Of a stretch of 64,000 nucleotides of DNA, positions 1 through 12,649 are shown one piece after another (the first letter of the stretch is position 1; each line of letters starts with the position of its first letter). The stretch comes from Chiloscyllium plagiosum. Its lineage: Eukaryota. The stretch lies in assembly GCF_004010195.1 (NCBI RefSeq), contig NC_057718.1, positions 74,719,403 to 74,783,402 of the forward strand, given 5' to 3'. Made by a program: the position numbers and the translations under genes. A model generated the notes under the pieces. That model did not search any database, had not been told where the DNA came from, and worked only from the letters and a program-made list of their open reading frames with translations.

Positions 1-1940
1 GGGAGGGTGGGTTATTATGGGGCGTGGACCTGACCAGGTAGTCACGGAGGGAACAGTCCTTGCGGAAGGCGGATAGGGGTGGGCAGGGAAATATATCCCT
101 GGTGGTGGGGTCCGTTTGGAGGTGGCAGAAATGTCAGCAGATGATGCTGCTTATGTGGAGGTTGGTAGGGTGAAAGGTGAGGACCAGGGGGGCCCTGTTC
201 TTGTTGCGTTAGGAGGGGTGTGGTTTGAGGGCGGAGTTGTGGGATGTAGATGAGATGTGTTGGAGGGCATCTTCAACCACGCGGGAAGGGAAGTTACGGT
301 CTTTAAAGAAGGAGGCCATTTGGTGTGTTCTGTGGTGGAACTGGTCCTCCTGGGAGCACATGTGGCAGAGGCGGAGGAATTGGGAATACGGGATAACATT
401 TTTGCAGGATGTAGGGTGGGAAAAGGTGTAATCCAGGTAGCTGTGGGAGTTGGTGGGTTTGTAAAAAATGTCAGTGTTAAGTCGGTCGTCATTGATGGAG
501 ATGGATAGGTCCAGGAAGGGGAGGGAGGTGTCAGAGATGGTCCAGGTCATTTTAAGGTCGGGGTGGAATGTGTTGGTGAAGTTGATGAACTGCTCAACCT
601 CCTCGTGGGATCACGAGGTAACGCCGATGCAGTCTTCAATGTAGCAGAGGGAGTGGTGCCGGTGTAACTACGGAAGATGGACTGTTCTACGTAGGCAACA
701 AACAGATAGGCATGGCTGGGGCCCATGCAGGTGCCAATGTCTACCTCTTTCATCTGGAGGAAATGGGAGAATTCAAAGGAGAAATTGTTAAGGGTAAGGA
801 CTAGTTCAGCCAAACGATTGAGTGTGTCAGTGGAAGGGTAATGGTGGGGACATCATGAGAGGAAGAAACGGAGGGCTTGAAGGCAGATGGCAGATGGAGG
901 TATAGAGGGACTGGAAGTCCATGGTGATGATGAGGCATTGGGAGCCGGGGAAACTGAAGTCTTGGAGGAGGTGGAAGGCGTGGGTGGTGTCTCGAACTTA
1001 TGTGGGGAGCTCTTGGACTACGCGGATAGGACAGTATCGAGGTAGGTGGACATGAGTTCGGTGGGGCAAGAGCAGGCTGAGACAATGGGTCGGCCAGGGT
1101 GGTCAGGCTTGTGGATCTTGGAAAGGAGGTAGAATCGGGCAGTGCAGGGTTCCTGAACTATGAGGTTGGAAGCTGTGGGTAGGAGATCTCCTGAGGTGAT
1201 GAGGTTGTGTACGGTCTGGGAGATGATGGTTTGGTGGTGAGGGGTGGGGTCATGGTCGAGGGGTAGTAGGAGGAGTTGTCTTCGAGTTGGCACCTGGCTT
1301 CAGTGGTGTAGAGGTCAGTGCGCCAAACTACCACGGCACCCCCTTTATCTGCTGGTTTGATGGTGAGATTGGGATTGGAGCAGAGGGAGTGCAGGGCTGC
1401 GCGTTGTGAGGCTGAGAGATTGGAGTGGGGGAGGGGGGGTAGACAGGTTGAGACGGTTAATGTCTTGGTGGCAGTTGGAAATGAAGAGATCGAGGGTGAG
1501 TAATAGGCCAGCACAGGGTGTCCAGGTGGATGGAGTGTGTTGGAGGCGGGTGAAGGGGTTCTCAGAAGGTGCGCAGGAGTCGTGATTGAAAACATAAGCT
1601 CGTAGGTGGCAGAAGAATTGTTCGGCGTCACGACACGTATTGAATTTATTAATGCATGGATGGAGGGGGAGTAAAGGTAAGGCCTTTGCTGAGGACTGAT
1701 GGTTCGTCCTCAGTAAGGGGGAGGTCTCGGGGGATGATGAAAACTCGGCAGGGCTGGGAGCTAGGACTTGGTGTAGGTATGGAGCTGGGAGTGGGGGTGG
1801 AGCCTGTAACTGGAGTTGTAACTGGTAGGGGAATGGGGGTGGAGTCATTAGCAGGGATGATGCTCCCCTCAGGGTTCTGGGGTGCGGGAATGGTGACAGT
1901 GGGATCCGTGGAGGCATGTCGGCAGTATGCAAGTGAGTGG
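1..1940 (-). mobile_element. Penelope-like retroelement, decayed RT region
   Basis: Frameshifted motifs IKPADKGGAVVVW, KIHKPDHPGRPIVS, MGPS.A.LF, FLDL, YKPTNSHSYLDY, IPYSQFLRL. Confidence 0.88.
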
Positions 1941-3240
1941 CATTTACCCTATTCATGTCCCTCATGATTTTAAAAGCCTCTCTAGCATCATCCCTCAGCC
2001 TCTGACGGTCTAGAGAAAACATCCCAAACTTATTCAGCCTCCCCCTATAGCTCAAACCCTCCAACCCTGGCAACATCCTTGTCAATCTTTCCTGAACCCT
2101 TTCAAGTTTCACAACATTCTTCTTTTGGAGCGAGACCAGAATTGCACACAATATTCCAAACATGGCCTAACCAATGTTCTGTTCAGCTACAACATAACCT
2201 TCTAACTCCTATACTCAATGCTCTGACCAAAAAGGAAAGCATACTAAATGCCTTCTTCACTATTCTATCTACCTTCGACTCCACTTTCAAGGAACTCTAA
2301 ACCTGCAGTCCAAAGTCTCTTTGTTCAGCAACATTCTCCAGGACCTTACCCATTAAGTGTATAAATCCTACCCTGATTTGCCTTTCCAAAATGCAGCACC
2401 TCGCATTTATCTAAATTAAACTCTATCTGCCATTCCTCGGCCCATTGACCCATCTGATCAAGATCCTGTTGTACTTCGAGGTAACTTTCTTTGCTGTCCA
2501 CTACACCTCCAATTTTGGTGTAATCTACAAACTTATTAACTGTACCTCTTATGTTCACATCCAAATCATTCACATAAAAGTCGAAAAGCAGTGGACCCAG
2601 CACCAATCCTTGTGGCACTCCACTGGTCACAAGTCTCCAGTCTTGAAAAGCAGCCATCCACCACCACCCTCAGTGTTCTACCTTCGAGCCAGTTCTGTAT
2701 CCAAGTGGCTAGTTCTTCCAGTATTCCGTGAGATCTAACCTTGCTAACCAGTCTATCATGAGGAACCTTGTCGAATGCCTTACTGAAGTCCATATAGATC
2801 ATGTCCACTGCTCTGCCTTCATCAATCCTCATTGTTATTTCTTCAAAAAACTCAATCAAGTTAATGAGTTATGACTTCCTATGCACAAAGCCATCCCTAA
2901 TCAGTCCTTGCCTAACCAAATACATATAATTCCTGTCCCACAACAACTTGCCTACCACCAATGTCAGGCTCATCGGTCTATCGCTCCCTCGCTTCTCCTT
3001 ACCACCTTTCTTAAATAATGGCACCACGTTAGCCAACCTTAGGTCTTCTGGCTCCTCACCTGTGACTATCGATGACACAAATATCTCAGCAAGGGGCCCA
3101 GCAATTATTTCCCTAGCTTCCCACAGAGTACCAGGATACACCTGATCAGGTCTTGGGGATTTATCCACCTTTATGAATTTTAAAACATCCAGCACCGCCT
3201 GCTCTGTAATATGGATATTTTTCAAGATCTATTCCCCGCA
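1941..3240 (-). mobile_element. CR1 LINE RT fragment
   Basis: KSPRPDQVYP, ANVVPLFKKG, MDFSKAFDKVPH, SGVPQGLVLGPLLF, KLERVQERLTRMLPGL. Confidence 0.9.
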
Positions 3241-3944
3241 TTCTGCTTCCCTCACACATACCATCAGCAGTCTCTGTGGAACTCCATGTACTCCTCCTTT
3301 CTTGAATAAGAAAGGAAAGTTACTCTTTGCACCTTTGATGGGAGCACAATAAAGACCACCTGAAGATAAGAATTAAGAAATTTACTGAGATTCTCAAAAA
3401 GATGTTTACAGTTCCTTTGTCTCCCCCCCAATAATAAATTGTACCTCTTGCACTGATGCTGTGAATCTTATCACAAATACTAACCCTGGTATCACCACTT
3501 ATTTCTTAACTACATTCTCTTTCATTTTAGGAGTGTTTGGTAGTCTGGTAGATCACATCCTGCCAAGTGACTATGACCTCAGTTTTTCCAGATGTTTTGA
3601 ACCAACCTGTCCAGTGATGTTATCTCTGATCTCCAGCATCTGCAGCCCTCACTTTCTATCCAGTGATGTTAGTAAACATGCCTGGCACAGTTGGGCCTCG
3701 AACCCAGGCTTCCTCATTCAGAGGTAGGGATACAACCACTAGATCCCAAGTTATTACATTCCTGCTGGATATTTTTAATCAAGCCATTCAGGGATGCTAT
3801 TACAACGTCTGGAGAAGGTAAGACTTAAATCTGGGTCTCCAAGCTCAGAAGTAGGGATGCTACCACTGTGCCATAGCAACTCTTTACCTCAGTCATTCCA
3901 ACCAATACACAGAACACACTATTTAGAGTTTTTAGGAAAATATC

Positions 3945-4286
3945 TATGCTTTAACTCACTAGCATTTTAACCACCAATCTTTTCAGTTAACTATTGATTG
4001 CACAATAATTTTCTTTATGTCTAGTTATATAACTTCTAATTAGGGTTTTTAATAGAGAAAACCTCAGAAGCATTTATTTGAATAGGGCTTTAAAGTAGAT
4101 AGTAGTTGAAACTTTATTGCTGGAACAGTATGCTTTAACTCACTAGCATTTTAACCACCAATCTTTTCAGTTAACTATTGATTGCACAATAATTTTCTTT
4201 ATGTCTAGTTATATAACTTCTAATTAGGGTTCTTAATAGAGAAAACTTCAGAAGCATTTATTTGAATAGGGCTTTAAAGTAGATAG
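3945..4286 (+). repeat. 158-bp direct duplication with 26-bp spacer
   Basis: 3945-4102 is repeated at 4129-4286 with 2 substitutions seen. Confidence 0.9.
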
Positions 4287-5208
4287 GAAAGATCAACGTA
4301 ATAACTAGTTATTAGAAAGTTTACAACAAACCAAACATTTTCAGGAGACAAATTCTGCACAGCAACAATCACCCTCCACCTGATATTAAAATGTCCCTGT
4401 TCCCATCTTTTAATAATGGGGGGCAGCTGATCAAACAATGAGTAATGCACGTATGCAAACCTAATTAGGAACAACAGTACACATTTGAATTCAGAGACCA
4501 ATAGACTTTGAGCGTTATTTCACCCATTGATATTAGCGGATGTACACATTTGTAGAATGCACTGACTTTTAAAGCTGATTCCCAGTATTTGTTTCCACCA
4601 TGCAAAATTCTATGCCAGGAAGGCTATGCCATGAAATTTACCCTCAGCTTCTCATTCTGAATATTTGGATTTTGTGGCCTAAAACAGATCAAAGTTTAAG
4701 CTCAGGGCAGTCTGATGTGCAGGCAACAATCCTCAAAACAGCCTATATATATACCTACATGTTTACGTTTTGACTGTATTAAGGATCAGATTTAATTATT
4801 GCTTAAAACCAGTATTAACTTACTCAGCTTAGGTTCTATTATACACATATTAATTCCATTATTTCATTTCATTATTCCGTTGTATCAATTGAAAATATCA
4901 TGAGTACTCGGTGCTTGCACAAAAATGCTTCAAAAAACACATAACCTGATGTTGTGTGATCTTTAACTTCAAATAACAAAGCAGTGTCAGAGTTAGTGCT
5001 GGCTCACATTAATTGCTTGTGTTTCTTTTTAAATGAAAGCTTGAATCAGAAGATTTTTCTTTTAACTACCACGCTTCCATCTTGTTGAAGAGGTCCACAG
5101 TTATTTTACTTCTGCATTGCAGACAATGGTTTTCTTGGTTTTACAATTCAGGCTGCAATGAGCTAGGAAGAGCTCCACAGACCTCCAAGAAAATCATGGA
5201 CAAGGAGT

Positions 5209-8141
5209 GAAAATAAAATTGCTGGAGATCGTGCAGCATCCATGGAGAGAAAGCAAGCTACTATTTCGAGTCTAGTCAACTCTTCGTCAAAGCTGAAGTG
5301 CAGTGTAGATGAGGCAGCAGTTATGCAATAGTGGTGGTGGTGGTGGTTAGACGGCTGAGGGAGAAAGGATGCTGATAGTTCTGTTTAAGTGTTTGGAATG
5401 TGAGAATGGCAGAATGGTGTGTCTAACTGCCAGACCTGAATGAACAGATCGTCCCACTGTGGCGAATGGGAAGAGGGAAAGAGGGTCGTCTCAATTTCTC
5501 TGCAGCTCTCACCCACTCTAAGCTGTCCCCCTCTGAAATTGTGGCACTTCGTTCTCTCAGGTCCAACCCTAATTTTATTATCAAACATGCTGACAAAGGT
5601 GGCGCCATTATAGTCAGGTGCACTGATCTTTACCTTGCGGAGGCTCAACGACAACTCTCGGACACTTCTTCCTACCTCTCCCTGGACCATGACCCCACAT
5701 CCAATCATCAAGCTATTGTTACCAGGACTGTCAACTACCTTATTGCTTCCAGAGAATTTCTCCTAACTACCTCCAAACTCAGTCTCCCAACTTCGGACAG
5801 CTCGATTCTGCCTTCTTCCCAAAATCCACAAACTAGACTGTCTCAGTATGCCCATCATATCAGCCTGTTTCTGCCCCACTGAGCTCATTTCCTCTTACTC
5901 TGACTATATCCATTCTCCACTTGTCCAGACTCTGCCCGCTCCCCCACCACATCTGCAGCCCTCCACCATATTGACAATCTCCAGTTCCCTGGCCCTAGCT
6001 GTCTACTCTTTACCATGGATGTCAAATCCCTCTACACTTCCATTCCCCATCAGTGTGGTCTCAGAACTCTCAGCTTCTTCCTCGACCAGAGGCTTAAACA
6101 ATCCCCATCCATCACCACTCTCCTCCACTTAGCTGAACTTGTCCTCCCACTGAACAATTTCTCCTTTAATTCATCCCACTTCTGCCAAATCAAATGAGCA
6201 CCCATTTGGGTCCCAGTTATGCCTGCCTCTTTAAAACATAGAAAATGATGCCAAATGAAACTAATCCCTTTTGTCTGTCCTTGGTCCATATCCCTCTATT
6301 TGCATATTCATGTGCTTATCTAAAAGTCCTTTAAATGCTCTGATCATATCTGCCTCCACCACCTCCCAAAGTTGTGTATTCCTGACTCCTACTACTCTCT
6401 GTATAAAAGGTGCCCCTCGTGTCTCCACTGAACTTTCCCCCTAGTATGAGACATTTCAACTCTGGGAAAAACATTCTGACCATCAACCCTATCTGTGCAT
6501 CTCATAATTTGAGAAACCTCTATCAAGTCTCCCCTCAGCCTCCGCTGCTCAAGCGAAGACAATCAGTTTTTCAAGCCTCTCCTTATAGCTCATACCCTCT
6601 AATCGTGGCACCATCTTGGTAAACCTCTTCTGCATCCTCTCCAAAGCCCCCACATCCTTGCAGTAATGTGGCGCCAGAATTGAATACAATATTCTAAATG
6701 TAGCCTAACCAAAGTCTTCACTCTTGGACTCAATTCCCTGACCAATAAAGGCAAGCATGCCACAAGCCTTCTTTACCACCCTATCGACTTGCATGGTCAC
6801 TTTCAGGGAGTTATGGACTTAAACCCCAAGATCCTTTTGTACACCAATGCTGTCCAGAGTCCTACATTAACTGTCTACTTTTCCTTAACATTTGATCTCC
6901 CAACACTTACCTGGATTAAACTCCATCTGCCACTTCTCCACCCATATCTGCAACTGATCTTTATGGGGTATGTGGAACAATCCTTATTCCAGTCCTACAA
7001 TGGCCCCCTCCCACAACTGTTTATTGGCAAATCGACAACTATTTCGGTATCACTTCATGTTCCCGCCTAGACCTCAAAAAGCTTGTTCATTTTGCCTTCA
7101 ATTTCCAACTCCTATATCTTTCACATTGTCTGTCTCCAACACTTCTTTTCCTTTCCATTACCTCTCCATCTCCATTTCAGGAAACAAACTGTCCGCTGCC
7201 ATCCACTACAAAGCCATTGACTCCCATAGCTACCTTCACTGTAATTCTTCCCACCCCAAGGATTCTTCCTCATCCACCCAGTTCCTTCACCACTGTTGTA
7301 TCTGTTTGAATAATGCAATCTTCCAAAACAGCAGTGCTGACATGACCATTATTTCCCACCCACTTTGGTTTACATGGCCATCATCTGGATGCGACATACC
7401 ATCTATGCTTCCGCCCTTGCCCCTTCCCATCACTAACAGCAGCATGATCAGGTCACCCTTGTTCTCACTTTTCACCCCACCAGCCTCTGCATTCAAAGGA
7501 TCATTCTCTGCCATTTCAGACGGCACCAGCAGAATACCATCACCAAACACATCTTCCCTTCACTCCCACTGTCTGCATTTTGCAGTGATTGTTCCCTCCG
7601 AGAAACCCTAGTCCATTCCTCAACCACTAACACCACTATGCTGCAATGCACCAGTGAACCACAGAGCAAACTCATACTGCAGGGAATCTAATCTAAAAAT
7701 TTTTTTAAAAATCTCATTTTCAACCTTCTGGGCTCAATATTGAGTTGAATACCTTCAAATTGCGAACCTATTCCTTCCCTTTAGCTTTGCTTGTTACATT
7801 GTCTGTCACTCTCTCTCTCCCCTTCCCCCACCAGAGTGGGACTATCTTTTCTTTCCAATCTGGCAGTTTGACACACCATTTTCTACCATTCTACCATTCC
7901 GATCACTTAATCTGAACTATCAACATCTTTTCTCCCTCAGCACTCCAAACACCACCTCCAGCCTCCACTTCACCATTATTGCATAAATGCTGCCCTCTCC
8001 ACACTTCAGCTCTGAAGGAAGAGTCATCTAGATTTGAAACATTAGCTTGCTTTCTCTCCAAGGATACTGCCTGATCTGCTGTGATCTCAAGCATTTTTTG
8101 CTTTCAGTTCAGATTCCATCGTCTGCAGTAATTTGCTCCTA
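5209..8141 (+). mobile_element. Penelope-like element with inverted termini, interrupted by CR1
   Basis: PLE RT motifs (IKHADKGGA, MDVKSLYTSIP, LNNFSFNS, YKAIDSHSYL). 5209-5490 is an inverted copy of ~7810-8100. Flanks catggacaaggagt (5195-5208) / catggagaaggagt (8142-8155) form a TSD. Confidence 0.82.
6235..6958 (-). mobile_element. CR1 3' fragment nested in the PLE
   Basis: CR1-type 3' end and RT C-terminal sequence; the PLE RT reading resumes after ~6960. Confidence 0.75.
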
Positions 8142-8329
8142 CATGGAGAAGGAGTTTCTATTGAGCCTGCAAAATATCACAATTTCAAAACATCACATGA
8201 ATCATTCCTGTAATGAGCACAGTCTACCCCATTATCAGCTAAAATCCACAAGAATGCCCACTTTATCCATTTAAAGACAGATTAGCTTACTTCACAAAAA
8301 TACACAATATTAAAACTGCACAGTCATGA

Positions 8330-8775
8330 AACTGCAAAGGAATATAGATCTCTTAAGAAGTTGGGCAAAAACTTAGCTGTTGAAGTTTAACTAGGAGCAC
8401 ATATAGGATTGTCCACTTTGTCAGAAAGAACGAAAAAGCAAAATATTAGTTAAGGTGAAGGGTAATGTCACAGTATTTGGGATCAGAGTGTCCTTATACA
8501 TGAAAAGCTATAAGTTAGCATGCAGGTTCAACATATAACTAAATGAAACAGAAGTGTAGAAAAGGCTTGCTACTTCTGGGTAAGTTATTGGTGAGACAGC
8601 ATCTGAGGCACTGTGTACAACTTTCATCTACTTTACAGAAGAAAACACCTGCATTGAGACAGTTCAGAGACAGTTTACCAGTTTGATTGCTTCTGAGATG
8701 GGTTGTCTTATAAGGAAAGCTAAACAGAGTAGGCTTATACTAATTAACAGTTAGAGAATGAGAGATAATCTAATG
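8330..8775 (+). mobile_element. old CR1-like fragment
   Basis: Degenerate similarity to the 3' RT region of the other CR1 copies in this window. Confidence 0.55.
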
Positions 8776-9621
8776 TTGTTACAAAACCAGATAAAGCTAC
8801 AATCTTATGAGGGGCCAGTAAACTTTTTATTTCAAAGGCCAAAGTTTTAAATCTCAGTTGCTCATCAACTTATAATCTTGCACTCAGAATTAACACGAGG
8901 TAAAATATGAGTTATTAGAATTAACAACTGCAATCAAATGTTTCAAATACCAACTGCACACAAGACAGTTACCATGGACTTCTAGTCAATCCAGATGTTA
9001 GTGACTCTGTGGGACACCAAATCTCATCAAATATTTGCTTTCTTGAAAAGGGATCGCAATTTTTCACTATCTAATCTCTAGTTTTAAAATTCCCTCAACA
9101 ACTACTCCTATTTAACTTGAATTCCTTCCTGCTCCTTCTTTTGCTAGCAAGTAATTGTCAGGCAACAGGATCCAAGTTTAGAATGTCCTATAACTACTCA
9201 ACATCCAGTTCCTCAACCTCTCCTCCTGAAACTATGCCCATTGAATTCATAAAGATAATTCAAGATCCAGGAAGCAGACAAACATTTCATCTTAGTTAAC
9301 ATGGCTCTACCATAGAATTTCTCTGTTCTTGTGTCTTGCATGCAGTCAGTTTATTATGGAAAGTCACCATTTCTGACTGACTAAAACAAAAATTGACTGA
9401 AAACTGATTCTTGAACTATTTAGCTACATTTCAAATATTTTCAGTGATCTATTAGAATACTTCCAGAGCATTACACTTTCTTTACTGAGCAGATCAAATG
9501 TAACTAGGAGTGGAACATCCTGTGTTTGTATGTTACAGTCTCTACAGGTGTTAGATTTCTCGGCACATAGGAATACAGAAAATAGATTTCATCACAAGTG
9601 TCTAGGGAGACTTGATAGGTA

Positions 9622-9841
9622 CAGGTCATTCTACAATAACACATATTTCATCTATACAAATTTGCTGTAACGTGATTGGCAAAATGGTGGATACTTTCTC
9701 TAAAGCACGGACTTTTAAAACATGTATTGACTGAAATGCGATTAAACTGGCAACACTCAGTGCTGTTTCTAAAGCGCAATTTTTCTATAACGCAGGGTTA
9801 TATACAGGAACACAACCATCGCATTATAGAAGAACTGCCTG
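9622..9841. mobile_element. Tc1/mariner (Tigger-like) MITE inside a CR1 3' fragment
   Basis: Imperfect terminal inverted repeats caggtcattctacaataac / gcattatagaagaactgcctg, TA on both flanks, no ORF. Confidence 0.6.
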
Positions 9842-11669
9842 TAGGTGCGTAATGGAATCTAGAACCAGAGGTCGCAGTTTTAAAATATGGCATCGCCCGT
9901 TTAGGGTAGATAAGAGAAGGAATTTCTTCTCTTTGAAGGCAGTTAATCTTTGACACTCTACTCAATGGACAGTGGAGGCTGGGTCATTGAATGTATTCAA
10001 GGTTGACAGATTGTACAGAGTGAACAGATTTTTTGACCCACTATGTTATGCAAGTGAGCAGGAAAGTGGAATGGCCATAATCATACCTGCAGATTGGCAG
10101 AGGAGGAGGCAAACTATCTACTCCTGTTCCAATTTCTCATTTTCTACTTTTCTTGCCAATGATAATTAGAATCCCATGAAAAATTCATAAATTTCCCAGT
10201 GACTAAATTACATGAAAGGAATTCATGTTTTAAGACTTTGATTCCAACAAATCAACTAAAAATCATCATTTACTAAACAAGGCAACTAATACACTCAATA
10301 GAGTAAGATTGAGTAATTAAGTTAAGTTAACTTAAAACACCACTTCATGTTAAATGTTACATCACACTATAAGCAAATTCATAGTCCCAAATTCCTGATG
10401 ATTCAATAGGCTCCGTTCCCACCAAGAAACCAGGCTGAGTCTTCAAATGTTCCCTTTGGAAGTCCCTTCACTTAGTCTCCAGGCTATCATCAAACTGACT
10501 CCCAATTTCGAAGTTTCGCTGGTAAATCTTTGATCGCATTTAACGAGGATTTTAGGAGTGGGAAATAGTGCAGGCAGGAGTCCTTAATTAAAGGTGGGAG
10601 CGGGAAAGAAAGAGATGGAATATTGATTTACTGAATCTTGATTCTGGGAACCAGAAGAGAAGACAAGTAGACAGCGAGGTGGAAACTGGAGACTGTAAGA
10701 ATCATGAAGATAGCATTAATAAGGGGAAGAGTATGCAGAGAGCAGATGAAAGCAAAATAACTGATGGCCTCAAGTGCAACTACTTTAATTCAAGTAGTGT
10801 GTAAGGCAGATGAACTTAGGGCTTGGATTGAGACTGTAAGAATCATGAAGATAGCATTAATAAGGGGAAGAGTATGCAGAGAGCAGATGAAAGCAAAATA
10901 ACTGATGGCCTCAAGTGCATCTACTTTAATTCAAGGAGTATAGTGTGTAAGGCAGATGAACTTAGGGCTTGGATTGATGCCTGGGAATATGACGGTATTG
11001 CAATCACAGAGACTTGGTTGAAGGAAGGGCATGATTGGCAACTAAATGCTCCAGGACATAGATGCTTCAGAGAGGACAGGGAGGGAAGTAAAAGCGGGGA
11101 GTGGAGTTGCATTGTTGGTCAGGGATGATATCATGGCCAAGCTAAAGGAGGACACTATGGAGGGTAGTGAGGCATTATGGGTGAAGCTGAGAAATAAGGG
11201 TGCAGTTACATTGTTGGGGCTGCATTACAGGCCTCCCAACAGTGAGTGTGAGGTAGAAGAACAAATAGGTAAACAGATTATGGAAAGATGCAGGGGCAAT
11301 AGGGCAGTGGTGATGGGAGATTTTAATTTTCCTAACATTAACTGGGATACACTTAGCATCAGAGGTCTGGATGGGGTAGAATTTGTAAGAAGCGTCCAGG
11401 AGAGTTTTCTAGAGCAGTATGTCAATACCCTGATGAGGGAAGGGGCCACATTGGACCTGGTACTGGGGAACGAGCCAGGACTGGTGGTAGAAGTTGCGGT
11501 GGGGGATTTATTTGGGAACAGTGACCACAATTCTGTAAGTTTTAGAATGCTCGTAGACAAAGACAAAAGTAGTCCTAAGGGAAGAGTACTAAACTGGGTC
11601 AAAGCCAATTATATCAAAATTAGGCAGGAGTTGAGAAATGTGAATTGGACAAGGCTATTTGAAGGGAAG

Positions 11670-11765
11670 AGCTGAAAAATGTGTTGCTGGAAAAGCGCAG
11701 CAGGTCAGGCAGCATCCAAGGAGCAGGAGAATAGACGTTTCGGGCATAAACCCTTCTTCAGGAAT
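11670..11765 (-). mobile_element. short PLE-terminus insertion carrying a hammerhead motif
   Basis: ~95-bp unit recurring across the window; TSD tatttgaa(g/t)ggaag; minus strand attcCTGAAGAagggtttatgcccGAAACGTC. Confidence 0.8.
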
Positions 11766-12014
11766 AATATTTGAATGGAAGTCCACATTTGATATATGGG
11801 ACGGTTTCAAAGATAGATTAAAGATAGTGCAGGATAGATGTGTCCCGGTGAAGACAAAGGATAGGAAAGGCAACTGTGGATGACCAGAGAAATCATACGA
11901 CTAGCCAAGAGGAAAAGGAAAGCGTAAATAAGGTCCAGGCAGCTTAGAATAGAATGGGCCCTGGAGGAATATCGAAAGATTAGGACCAGTCTTAAATGAG
12001 GAATCAAGCGGGCA

Positions 12015-12140
12015 GAAAGTGAGGTCTGCAGATGCTGGAGATCAAAGTTGAAACTTTATTGCTGGAACAGCACAGCAGGTCAGGCAGCATCCAGGGAACA
12101 GGAGATTCGACGTTTCGGACACAGGCCCTTCTTCAGGAAT
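12015..12140 (-). mobile_element. short PLE-terminus insertion carrying a hammerhead motif
   Basis: 16-bp TSD aggaatcaagcgggca (11999-12014 / 12135-12150). Confidence 0.85.
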
Positions 12141-12141
12141 C
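12104..12141 (-). ncRNA. minimal type I hammerhead ribozyme motif (intact)
   Basis: gauuc-CUGAAGA-a-GGGC(cugu)GUCC-GAA-ACGU-C-gaauc: full core, stem II, palindromic stem III (ACGU), GUC site, paired stem I. Confidence 0.8.
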
Positions 12142-12649
12142 AAGCGGGCAATAAAGGGATCATGAAATAGCTTTAGCGAGCAGAATTAAGGAGAATCCCA
12201 AAGCATGTTATTCTTATATAAAAAGCAGGTAACTAGAGAAAGGATTGGTCCACTAAAGGATGATGAAGGAAGGCTGTGTGTCGAACCTGAGAGAATGGGT
12301 GAGATTCTGAATTATTACTTTGCATCAGTGTTCACTGAGGAGAGGAACATGATGAATGTTGAGATTAGAGATAGAAGCTTGATTAGTCTGTATCACATCG
12401 ACGTAAGTGGAGAAGATGCGTTCGATAGGCTAGAAGTTATTAAGGTGGACAAATCCCCAGGACCGGATGGGATCCATCCCAAGTTGCTGAGGGAGGCGAG
12501 AGAGGAAATAGCTGGGGCCCTGACAGATATCTTTGTGGCATCCTTAAGCACAGGTAGGTGTCGCAGGACTGGAAGGTTGCTCATGTTGTCCCCCTGTAGA
12601 AGAAGGGTAACTACAGACCAGTGAGCCTGACGTCGGTGGTGGGAAAATA

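Larger units (their letters stand above)
10689..12645 (+). mobile_element. CR1 LINE ORF2 (APE endonuclease to RT start) with two short insertions
   Basis: LKCIYFNSRSI, IAITETWL, YRPPNS, VVMGDFNFPNINW, LDLVLGNE, SDHNSV, KSPGPDGIHP. Confidence 0.9.

Noticed and set aside
1345..2163. 272-aa ORF, and the 293-aa ORF at 46380-47261
   Set aside because: Chimeric or off-frame read-through of decayed CR1/PLE sequence, not host genes.
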